Below are positions 1 through 11,900 of a DNA stretch of 64,000 nucleotides, piece after piece. Within the stretch, counting starts at the first letter, position 1. Each line of letters begins with the position of its first letter. The stretch lies in the NCBI GenBank assembly GCA_030141605.1, contig JAQGDQ010000505.1:62001-126000 (forward strand), written 5' to 3'. The notes beneath the pieces are model-generated. The model did not search any database. It was given only the letters and a program-made list of their open reading frames with translations, and was not told the origin of the DNA. Source of the stretch: Tubiluchus corallicola. Taxonomy: Eukaryota > Animalia > Priapulida. Made by a program: the position numbers and the translations under genes.

Positions 1-494
1 TACAGCTTCACAATTTATTACATTCTCAGGACACATTGCCTCATAACATTAAATGTGTAGCAAATTTCCATAGATTAAAAAATAAACATCACAGTTATAT
101 AATTTAAATTCAGAGTGAATCTAGCTAGCTGGAATGGTATATGAAAATGCCATTAATTTGCTACTCTATTTTGATATAGTGTTGGTGACTGGAAACTTAA
201 CCACTCATCATCTATTTCAGTCATTCATTTTTGTCACTCATTCTTTGCTTTTCCATTTTCTCTCTTTCCTTCTTTTTTCTTATTTTCAATAGTTTTTTAA
301 CCACACTTAGTTTACACCTTAGTAGTTAGTAATACACCATTTCACGAAGTAGCAAGTTCACAAACTCTGTCTTCCTTGTGCTCCTCAGTACATAGGCCTA
401 CATGTACTTAGGCTTACTTATTCTGTAATTACACTACACTATTACTGTATCATTGTATTGTTAAAATATTACCTTGTACTGTATGGCTGGTATC

Positions 495-1675
495 ACAATA
501 AACAACAAACAAAAAAGTTTACATATTTCTTTACTAATTTCTTTGGGGATTGTTGTGTATCTCGTCATACACCAACATCATAACCACAACTTCTTTTATA
601 ATGCATTCTTGTGTTTTTGCTCACATAGGCATCAAATCTGTAGTTTTCACAATGTGTTCAAGAAGAAACGGTGCAGTAGAAATATTTTGTTTACATAAGC
701 ATCAAATCTGTAGTTTTCATAATGTATTCAAGAAAAACAGTGCAGTAGAAATGATGAAATGTGCTTGCAAAATTACAATGAAATGTGAATGACTGTTAAG
801 TAATTTAGTAAATGATTATACTACACTAGATGCTAAAATTGTGAAGGTACTACGAAAAGCAATGCTGTTATGAAAAACACGTTCAATTTCTACAGAATGG
901 ATACTTTGAATAACACTTGTTATTTTGTCAAAAAACGAACTACTGCATTACGACATAAGAATTTAAGAACACGTGTAATTGGATACAATTAACATAAAAC
1001 TATACTCGGGTGTAAAATACTACTAATGTTACGTTATGAATGTCACATTTCGACATTGTATTTGCCTATTCATAGATGCTTATCTCTTCATGTTAGCTGC
1101 CATCTTTAGTGTATAGCACATTTCAGCACATCACCATATTACTACTGCACCGTTTCTTCTTGAACACATTGTGAAAACTACAGATTTGATGCCTACGTTA
1201 ACACCATATTACTACTGCACCGTTTCTTCTGGAACACATTGTGAAAACTACAGATTTGATGCCTACGTGAACACCATATTACTACTGCACCGTTTCTTCT
1301 TGAACACATTGTGAAAACTACAGATTTGATGCCTACGTGAACACCATATTACTACTGCACCGTTTCTTCTGGAACACAATGTGAAAACTACAGATTTGAT
1401 GCCTACGTGAACACCATATTACTACTGCACCATTTCTTCTTGAACACATTGTGAAAACTACAGATTTGATGCCTACGTGAACACCATATTACTACTGCAC
1501 CATTTCTTCTTGAACACATTGTGAAAACTACAAATTTGATCTTACGTAAACAAAAACACAAGGAAGTATTATAAAAGAACTTGTGCTTATGCTATTGGTG
1601 TATCACGCGATACACAACAATCCCCAAGGACATTAGTAAAGAAATATGTAAATTTTATTGCCTGTTGTTTATTGT
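495..1675. mobile_element. Foldback-like element with long modular inverted terminal repeats
   Basis: 495-~765 is the diverged reverse complement of ~1115-1675 (ACAATAAACAAC... / ...GTTGTTTATTGT). The arms contain a 70-bp subunit, with about 2 copies on the left and 6 on the right. No coding capacity. Confidence 0.75.
1131..1550. repeat. 70-bp tandem repeat, 6 copies
   Basis: Unit ACACCATATTACTACTGCACCGTTTCTTCTTGAACACATTGTGAAAACTACAGATTTGATGCCTACGTGA recurs at a 70-bp period. Confidence 0.95.
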
Positions 1676-2970
1676 ACAGAGCATTTATGTCTTACTCTAA
1701 TTATATCAAAGGATTTATGCGAGGTGACTAGAAGGAAAAGTTTAACAAAAACACATTTTTAAACTTACGTATCTCTCAATCCATCACCTAAACAGCACCG
1801 GGTATACACTACTAATATGGCTGATTCGTTAAGTATTAATTTTAGCTGGTTTGTTTTATCTGCACATCACTTGAAAGTTGAAACGGGGAGATGGGTAAGA
1901 CCCCAGGTATCACACCATGGGAGACTGTGTAATATTTGCGAAGATGAAGTGCAAGATGAACAAGATGTAGAGTAATGGAAGGAGTGCGAACAAAATACAA
2001 TATGACTTTTAATAGTACAGATGATCTGTTTAATTCAGAGCCAGAAACATGTGCAAAAGTACTTACAGATATACTAAATTTATTCCTATGACAATCTCGC
2101 TAGAATACTATTGTACAGTATAAACGTAAGGATGTGTGTAGAATGAATATTCATTGTTATTATTATTATTTTGTTGTGAAGTGTTTGCTGGTCTAATGTC
2201 AATAAACTACTAGTACTACTACTATATCAGTATCTTTCTGATGCACTTATTAAAATAGCATAAAGCAAATGTACTGCTTTCCAGCTAACTTTGAGTTACA
2301 GAGATAAATTACTGCTTTGAATAATTCTAACCAAGACAATTATGCATGTCAAAAATTCTGTACCTTGAGTTATCTTACACTCACCTTGCTTGTTCATCAT
2401 CAGAAAATATGGCAAGCAACAAATAACGAGTCTGCAAACTATCAACAAGCTCTACGAGATGTGTATGAGAGAAAAATTTAAAGCATTACATGTGTTAACC
2501 GTCAAATTATAATTAAATTGGCCTTTGCCTTTAGCATGTTAAGGGTGAAAAACACAGTAAGTAGAGTGTGTACTACTACTATACAGTAACATCAATGTGA
2601 CCTTTGACTTTTCGATTCTAAAATGTCATGATATCATCTCTTCTGTCTGATGTGTCGTTGTCCTCAGCCTCTGCATTTATTAAGTCACTGAACTCTAAAA
2701 TTTTAGAGGATAACAATCAGTGACACTAATCTGCTAACTTAAGGTCACAGTTCGCAATATGGTACATAGTTACCATACTCTGAATTCTACTCTTTAAAAA
2801 AATTGTAGTGTTACTGCGACTTGTCAAAAGTTCTGACCACGTATTTTACAAATAGGCTCTTATCATCTATACACACTTTCTGAGGTTAACCCACGTTTTA
2901 CTGAATTTCATATTTCCTCCTCTTCCGTTCCCCATTCAGCAATTATAAGATCCTGCACTTCAACGCAGAC

Positions 2971-3277
2971 GAAAGTCCCATAATCTGATATGTGTTATCA
3001 GCTACCAGAAACAAAATCAGTGCAGTTCAAATGTCAGCTTTCATAGATGATATCATTATATGTCTTTAACATCTTCTGGCATTTCATATTGAATTTACCA
3101 AGAAGCCTTTAATGTCTGCGAAAGTCCCATAATCTGATATGTGTTATCAGCTACCAGAAACAAAATCAGTGCAGTTTAAATGTCAACTTTCAGAGATGAT
3201 ATCATTTTATGTCTTTAGCATCTTCTGGGGCTTCTGGCATTTCATATTGGATTTGCCAAGAAGCCTTTAATGTCTGC
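2971..3277. repeat. ~150-bp tandem duplication (2 copies)
   Basis: GAAAGTCCCATAATCTGATATG...GAAGCCTTTAATGTCTGC occurs at 2971-3119 and 3120-3277 with a few substitutions and a small indel. Confidence 0.9.
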
Positions 3278-3601
3278 AACGGATCAACAGCAAACAAAGA
3301 TCTCCAAGTGACCGAGGCACCTAAACACTAAATACAGAAGAGCTGCAGCAAGTAGATGCACTAAGGAGTAAAACTGTTGTAAAAGCAAATAAGCATTAAA
3401 TGCGACAATTTGTACATTTCATTAAGAAAAACATTTTTAGAAAAATAGCTTCAACACGCAACAAAATTTGTCATGCTTTCAATGTTCACGTTCTACAAAA
3501 AAAATCAATACACTTCAGATAACAACATACAGCATTTGACTGCATACAAGATTATTTATGAAAAGAATATTGACCAATTATTCTCTTGCAGCATTTGATC
3601 A

Positions 3602-4384
3602 ATGGTTGGTGACAAAAGCATGCTACTCGCATCAATAATGTTAGACACTCGAGGAGGAAAACTAACAAGAACAGCTGGCAGTTCACCTGGGAGACAGGCT
3701 TCAGCAAAGACGCAGAAGCTCGGGCAAGCACAGAAACTACAGTGTAGTGAATTAGGCGTATTCAATAGACCAGCATCACCTGTGCCTGATACAGAAAGCA
3801 AAAATGTGATTGCATTTAGAAAGTACATGCTCAATAACGAAAGCTTCGACGAGGAAGACGAGAGCTCGCAATTTGAAGCCGGTATCACCAGCAGGAGGTG
3901 TACAATGTCAGGATCGCCCGCACAAATGCTACGTGATCAAACTAGTGCCTTATCCACATCACCCGTTTCACCGTTGACACTGTCGTGTCCGGATAAAGAG
4001 TTTCGCGAACGACTTGCCAGTGACTCCGACAAGTTTGTGAAGTCAAGTGCGAAGCGGGTACTAGAAAAGTTAAAAGAGCGGGAAAGGTTTTTGTCTGCCA
4101 GTCAAGAACACTTGTTAAAGCCTCTTCATCAAGCAGCTCCTGTAGAAAGCCCGATGAGAAGGACTGCAAGTGAGAGAGGACACCGAAATGCACATCCAAG
4201 ACATCTGGCTCCCCTGCAGACAGATTCTAATCACGGTTCCGAGGGTAGTCTAGAAACAGCGCATCATTTCGACTTTATGTACAGCCACACAAATGAGAAA
4301 ACTTTTGATAAACAAAAACTAGAGAAAGAAAATAGTACCACTGCGAAAGAAAAGATAAAAGAAAAACCGACAGCAGATGATTAA
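3602..4384 (+). CDS. Unassigned Ser/Glu/Lys-rich, probably disordered protein (single-exon CDS or terminal exon of an upstream gene)
   Basis: 260-codon ORF, GC-richer than its flanks, with protein-like composition. A strong acceptor TTCTCTTGCAG ends at 3591. No family recognised. Confidence 0.55.
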   Translation: MVGDKSMLLASIMLDTRGGKLTRTAGSSPGRQASAKTQKLGQAQKLQCSELGVFNRPASPVPDTESKNVIAFRKYMLNNESFDEEDESSQFEAGITSRRCTMSGSPAQMLRDQTSALSTSPVSPLTLSCPDKEFRERLASDSDKFVKSSAKRVLEKLKERERFLSASQEHLLKPLHQAAPVESPMRRTASERGHRNAHPRHLAPLQTDSNHGSEGSLETAHHFDFMYSHTNEKTFDKQKLEKENSTTAKEKIKEKPTADD

Positions 4385-5921
4385 TAATGTGCAGCCTATT
4401 TAGTGATGCAAGAGTTAAATGATAAAAGTGAAATTAGCTATAGTTGACAAGGATGCACAGAAAAATCATTCATAATCATCCAACGTGGGCTAAACTGTGG
4501 TTTGTCTTCAGTGTGAATTGTGTAAATCCTTGCCTCCCCATGAGGTAAAGTGTAAAAGATATTATATGGCAACTGGCAAGTACTACAGATTTTACAAACT
4601 TAGATACTCTTGAGAAAACGGCAGAATTACTAACGAGTGTCACTAATGAGTTTCTAGTTTTATCATGCTCTTCGTTCTTTTTCAAACTACATTATATTTT
4701 TTTAACTTTATTGAAATATTTCACTACCAGAAAATGATCAGATAAGTCATGAGCATAAAATTACCTCACATTTTTTCTTTTTCATATTACTTATTTCTTA
4801 CTTGGAACTAACAGTGTTGAAAATGTGTAAAACAAATTTAGCAAAGCTAAAAATAGACCTAATATTTCTTTCCATAAATCTATAAGAGCTGTGCTAACAA
4901 CTGATACTCTTTATGAACGAAATGCAATAAGCAACCTTTGTTATGAGAGCTGTAGCAGTTATATTAGCTTGCACTCATCGCAGAGCTTTTAATGAGCTAG
5001 CAAAAATCAAAAATACTAAATTTTCACATCATTTCTCTTAACATTTTTAGCAGCGTATATTTCTCAAAATGAGTAGTTGACATTTGCTAAATAAATCACA
5101 TTTATGATTTAACTGAAAAAGACATTAACAATTTTTATTAAGAGGTGTCTTAAAATTGCGCTAAATCAAAACACCACTTTGATATTTATAATTAGCTTAT
5201 AAATACACTTTAAAACACAAGAAAACACTCTTCATAAATAAAGCTTAAAAATTCGTCTTTAAATATATTACTTAAATGTTGTCTTATTGCATACAGGGCT
5301 TGTGTTGGCAGTAATGCTATATAATTTGTAAATCTAAATTCCCATGATGACCTTCAGTGCAAACAGGCATAAACGTAAGTTTGTAAACAGCAAATGAAAT
5401 TGTCTGTTGTTTAAGGTTACAGATAACTAAAAGATAACAGACATTTAAAAATTGTGAACAAGTTCCACTTTGAATTCCTGGCAATTAAAAGGTCACTTGT
5501 GCAGCCGGATATAAGTCGCTGAGACTAACAACAATTTACACTAAACAGATGTTAATTCACATCTGTTTATGTTACAGTATTTCAGTTTTAGTACCGACTA
5601 CTGCATATAACAGTATATAACATTATGAAAAAATTGGCATCAAGCTTCATTTAGGTAAAGCTGGTTCATAAACCTCAGTTTTCAATCCCATCCGATTAAA
5701 TAACAATTTGTGTTTTGTTACAAAATACTTAATAACAATTTACTTTTTATAACTCAAAAATCACAGTATACATTTCTTAACAAAACATTTCTTGACTACA
5801 AAAACTTATCTGTCATTTTTCATAGAGTTCCTGCCTTGGAACAAAACAGGTACAATGAATGACCTTGAGCTATCATGACTTTTGAACTGTGCTGGAGCTT
5901 TCCCAGTCTTTCGCTCTTCTG

Positions 5922-5955
5922 TTACCATACTTCTGGAGGACGGAATATTGTTTCC
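5922..5955 (-). CDS. REXO2: REXO2 terminal exon ([10 protein letters not shown])
   Basis: TTGCAG| acceptor; phase 2 completes the YR..IF C-terminal pattern of Orn; TAA at 5922-5924. Confidence 0.75.
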
Positions 5956-8900
5956 CTGCAACATAACTACATATAAAGCAACCACATTCTATATAAAATA
6001 ACACGCGTTAATGACTTAATTAGTTTCATGTACATTCTGCTCCCGATTCACAAGAACTTACAGAATATATATACATCTGCAGCAGCAATCGGAAGGAATC
6101 AATTATAGAAGTAGGTGAAATGCATTTGTCAAGTATTGACATATTGCAGTACTGCAGTGATTAACAAGGCCTGCATCTAAAAGATTTTTCAACAAGTCCA
6201 GATACAAGATTGTGGCCTAAACTGGTATAAATAAACATTTATTTTCAACAGTCAATGCATTTCACCATGTTTGGACAACAGATGTCCAAAACCTGGAAAA
6301 TTTTGAATTTTTACTGATGTGTGCAATTAATTTATAAAGTATTTGGCATTTTACATTCAGACTAGATTATCACAACTCATAATAGTTTATCTGTCAGTTT
6401 ATATGTGCAAAATATTTCTACTTTTATACACATCAACTTTCGTTCTTCAAAATAAACTAATGACAATGAGGAAAAATGAATTTTAATTTCGACATTCTTT
6501 TTACAGTGGTATGCAGTACATTGTGATAGCTTACTACAAACACGCTCGATGAGATACCTTATGTGATTATTGCTATTATAACTGTTTAAGCTGTACAGAG
6601 AAACAACGGATGAGCACATTCTTCAAAAGAATCATGTATCAAAAGAATTTTAAAAACACACAGATTGCATCTATCTAAGATAATTATCTCTGATTCTTTG
6701 CATATTTTAAATGTTTCTACACTTCAAATAACAACTGCTCATTTTTTTACTTAGCTATAGTTTTTTCATCATGATATCCAAACAGCTAACAACTTGCAGT
6801 AAATTGTGGACTACGATACTAAAACAACAGAAGTTTCTGATGCATATTATTTACAGGAATGCTGTTGTTGAATGTTTCCGACATTTTGCATATGCCTTTG
6901 ACCATTTGAGTTTTATTGCAAAATTTCATATCATAAAGCAATTGGGCCAGACGGACTAACAATATACTGATGACATTAGATAAATGAGTTTTGAAATTTC
7001 ATTCTAGAAGTAAATCAATCTGAGAGTCAAAGAATAACTGAGGGGTCAACGAATGTTCTTAGCGCCCAAGTTAAGCAATACTGAGGCTGATTAGGTGACA
7101 GGATGGGTGACTACCCAGTTCAATACTTGTTCTTTTTCTGAAGCAATAATTTACAGTAGTAATCAAGGCCTTTCTGATCAATATAAACACATTTCACATT
7201 GAAGAACCACTCATCAGGAAAGTGAAAAAATGTAAAATATTGTAACGGATCCGGGTCCTTTTCAGGCGCCGATCCGTCTCCTCAGAATGTATCGAGCGGC
7301 ATACAAGTTATGAAAGTACTACAGCAGACGAGAAAAGTAAACAGATACGGAATACGAGTGTAAATTTAACTTTATTGCACAACCGGTAACTCCAAAAGAA
7401 TGACATGTGAACAGACTTGTATAAAAATCAGCAAACCTACAGCAATCACCTTTACAGACAGAAAGGCCAGGTTGGAATCGTCAAATTACGGCATGCATTC
7501 TGTTTTATACAGGTACATTTGCATTACTGGGCTTCTCGACTATACCCATTACTAACATTATGGGGTTAGTCAAAACCCGTCTTCGTAACACTACCCCCTC
7601 CTCAATTTCCATTTGTCCACAAATGAGTTACAGCAAATGCAAATGCAATTAAATTTTACTCTAGTTGAACCCAACAAAAGTCATTCAAAGTTGAGCAAAT
7701 CAGTTTAACAAAATAATCAAAATTGTAAACAGCACTAGTACAAATATGTAAAATCCCGGCTTTAGCAAATCTATCCAGGTTTATGACAGCATAAAACTGA
7801 AAACGGTGAGTTGATAATCCTTTTTCCTGTGGAAACAGATCAATGATCCACTGATCCACTTCTTGTGAGTGCAGTGTAGCGCCATCTAGCGAGACTGTCC
7901 CAAAAAACAATACAGTCAGTCTTTAAACAGAAACCAGTCTTTGCACATCACGCTATCGGCAAAACAGGCCTTGAAACGAAAAAGCATTCTACTAGTTACT
8001 TCCGAGGCACTGAGACAACCTCTATGATGTGGTACATTGTGAACAGTCTATAGAAGTTCTCCTGGGGCGTCGGTAGGGATTCGAACCATCTGTCTGCCCG
8101 GTGAAATAAAGTAGTTGCGATACTTGCGAAGGTGTAGGGTACTCCAGCCATGTGCTACAACGGTATTGTACTCCTAGCCATAAACCATGTCTTTGACGGT
8201 ACTCCATAATAGACTCGTGTCCGTCATAATAGACTCGTGTAGCAATCGAAGTTTCGAACTTGGCTTCCCTGAGTGAACGAGATAGGCATACTGACAAGCT
8301 TACTGCAACAGACTCGGCAAGAGGAATAAAGACGAAACAAATTTACAAACAAGGTACTGCTGTACAACAACAACAGCAAAGTAGAGAAAAACGATTAATC
8401 TTTTAAACTGCTTCAACGTTCTGGCTTCGCAAAAGCTACCGAAAACCGGTTCAACTTTGACCAGTGACGTACAGTTAAAAAGACGAGCATCAAGTGTTCA
8501 CAACTGCATAATCTTAGCTAACTGAACACAACAGAGCCCCATGTTGAAAAGCGTGTTCTGGCATCCTAGCCATTACGGAACACTAAACTACCATTTAAAA
8601 ACAGTGTTCTGGCATCCTAGCCATTACGGAACACTAAACTGCCATTTAAAAACAGTGTTCTGGCATCCTAGCCATTACGGAACACTAAACTACGGTGACT
8701 CGCTATACATGCAAAGTCACAAAATGGCTGTACGTCTCCTATTCCTAAATACAGGCTAATATCGCCTCATTGGGAACTCGATAAAAACATAGAACTGTTT
8801 AAGCTAAGGCCGATGCTGCCTGTCGCATAAAGGCCGTTCAATTGCCTTTCAACATAAAAGGTAAAAACACGAAACTGTCTACAAAAACACAAAAAAACAC

Positions 8901-11900
8901 GCCGAGTAGTACAGACAAGCTGTCTGCCTAAAGCAAAATGCAGCACTCACCAAACCCAATAATGTCGATCCATTCCAGGCGGCAATTTCGGATCCCACTT
9001 ATGTGCACCAGTGTAACGGATCCGGGTCCTTTTCAGGCGCCGATCCGTCTCCTCAGAATGTATCGAGCGGCATACAAGTTATGAAAGTACTACAGCAGAC
9101 GAGAAAAGTAAACAGATACGGAATACGAGTGTAAATTTAACTTTATTGCACAACCGGTAACTCCAAAAGAATGACATGTGAACAGACTTGTATAAAAATC
9201 AGCAAACCTACACCAATCACCTTTACAGACAGAAAGGCCAGGTTGGAATCGTCAAATTACGGCATGCATTCTGTTTCATACAGGTACATTTGCATTACTG
9301 GGCTTCTCGACTATACCCATTACTAACATTATGGGGTTAGTCAAAACCCGTCTTCGTAACAATATCATTCAGCTTCACAACGTGACAATTTATCTGCTAC
9401 CTAAAATGGCTATTACTAAATAGACTAAGTAAAGCATAATATTTTATATATTTTTTATATTTCAAGATTACTGTGCCAGACTTAATTATAACTATTCATT
9501 GGTTTACATGGGTTACCGCAATGCAGTAAGTATGACTAAAATGAAAATGATCACCACGTACCGATACATTTTTAACTCATTAATGGATTCTTTTATATCA
9601 TTTAACGCTCTATGTGATCCACTTTTTGTAACAGCTGCATACACTGAAGGATACCACCTACAACAGTAAAATAAGCAGCAAATTTGCAATTAAAATAATA
9701 CATTAGAAAATAGCTTTCCAATATTATCACGAATTAAAATTAGATAATGCCTTGAACTTTGTTAAACTGGCTCTTAGATACTTTCAGAAGAAAAGAAGCA
9801 ATGACGGAAGAAAGTATTTTTTATACTTGAAAAAAGTGAAATGGCAGACTGTCTAACAAACAATCTACAATTTACAAATCTAGCACACTTTACAGTAAAA
9901 ACTCCCAACAATTTTGTTCGGAAAAACACTGGAACAGCATGCATTGTAGCACACTACAAGCAGTTTTGAAGCATGTTAATATTTTCTGGATGTGTGTAAA
10001 CAGATGAGCTAAATGAGCACTGCTATGCTCAATAATAAAAAAAGTTCTTGTAACAGTTGAAAAAACTAGTATACAAAGTGCCTAACAAATAATCAATTTT
10101 GTCAACTAAAATAAATTACTGAAACTATTACTACATAATGCCGATTTCTTAAATTTAATTTGTGATTTTCATAAAAGCAATTATCGTTGTTTTGCAAAAC
10201 TTTGTAATGATGTCGCCGACAGCCTATTAAACTATAGAAATAGCTTTAGATTAATGTCAATTGGGCATTATCTTTTTCGTTTTCTAAATATTGTGTGATC
10301 TATGCATCAAAATAATGTTCTAATGTTCTTTCTCCAGCACTCCAGGCAATGCAGTGTGAATCAGCAGCTTCTTAGTTTATAACAGATGAAACGAATGCTT
10401 ACCTTCTAGCCAATTCCTTAACTGTGCTGACATCTATAATCCTATAATGCAAGTGTGCAGTAAAGCTGGGCATGTATTTTTCCAAGAATCTTTTGTCAAC
10501 ATGTACAGAATTTCCCGCCAGAGGGCACTTTCCTCGAGGCGTGTGCTGCCGTACAAATGAAACCATCTGCATCTCTGCTTCCTGCAAGCTAACATTGCTC
10601 ATCTGAACGGCTTTAGTGAGTCCTGACTGAAATAGGTATAGTAAATGCATGAGCAATTATTAAAGAAAGACAGGATGATTTTTCATATACTACCCCAATT
10701 TCAAGTCTGATAAAAAGTATACATTTTAATACAACAATACTGCAAAAATGTTTTTCTGATAATTAAATAGCAGATTAAAACTTAATTAATGACGGGTGAG
10801 CCCAGCTATTGATGACATCACAAATCAAAATAATTTTTAACAGCAAAAATATTCCATGAGCGTGTTACGTGTATTTGCGAAAGCGAAAATTGAAGTAAAG
10901 TGGTACTATAAAATATTAATAAGCTGTCAAACGTGTGCAGTTCATCACAAACTAACACATCTGAACTGACAGGTACAGCACCTGTGTGTTGTGCAACGTG
11001 TTTCCGAAATGCAGGCGCTAGTGCTCGTCTAACCAATGAAAGGCAAAAGGCATGCAACAGCAAAGAACTAGTGGTGCGGATGCGAAATTGTTTGTGTAAT
11101 AATTCTTTTACATAAGTCAGTTTCCTTCCACTATTTTAAAGAGTAGATTGTTTTGACCTACAATTTAAGACTGGATCCGGTTTTGCTTTAAACGGTCAAC
11201 ATAATATAATAGAAAATTTCCAACTAGAAATAGACAAAAACATAAAAAATAAAATAAAGTGCATTTTTAGCATCTTCTTAGCGCAAGCAATTAAAAGCCA
11301 TGTAAATACATATAATTATTGAATCAGAATTCAGCTATATATAAGTATATAGCTACATTCTGATTCAATAATTATCATTCGGCTAATAAATTAATAAACA
11401 CATTACAAACAAAAATAAAATAATGTAATTGTGCAGTCTTACATCACCATGATGTTTTTTACACCACTCATCCATTGTATTCAAGATGGAATCTGGCTGA
11501 TGAATGATTATGTCAGGCCCCTGGAAAAACAAATCATACTAGTTCATAAAAAACTAAAAAGCTTACCCATATTATCCACAATAGAGGCACGCCTGAACTT
11601 TTTAATATTAATCAATAAATTTATGTAATCATATATTAAATATTTTAGTAACAATATTACACAGATTTATTTACCTGTTAAACAGCATAGCTTATTAATA
11701 GAGGCTGAAGCTGGGTCAGTTCCTACTACATCAGCTAACTCGCACAATAAATAAGCTAAGTCAGCAAAAGATGGAAATTTTTTTAGCTAAATAAATTATA
11801 AATTGTTAATTAAATTATGGAGACAATAATTCATGTTGCTTATACACAGAAAAACGTATTTATACAGTATTTTCAATATTAATTGATCAAGTGCTCGTCA

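Noticed and set aside
1131-1550. 70-bp array as a CRISPR array
   Set aside because: The units are contiguous and near-identical with no unique spacers, there are no cas genes, and the context is eukaryotic.
7656-8759. Short ORFs inside the LTR element as gag/pol remnants
   Set aside because: No CCHC, protease, RT or integrase motifs; one ORF is just the 45-bp repeat.
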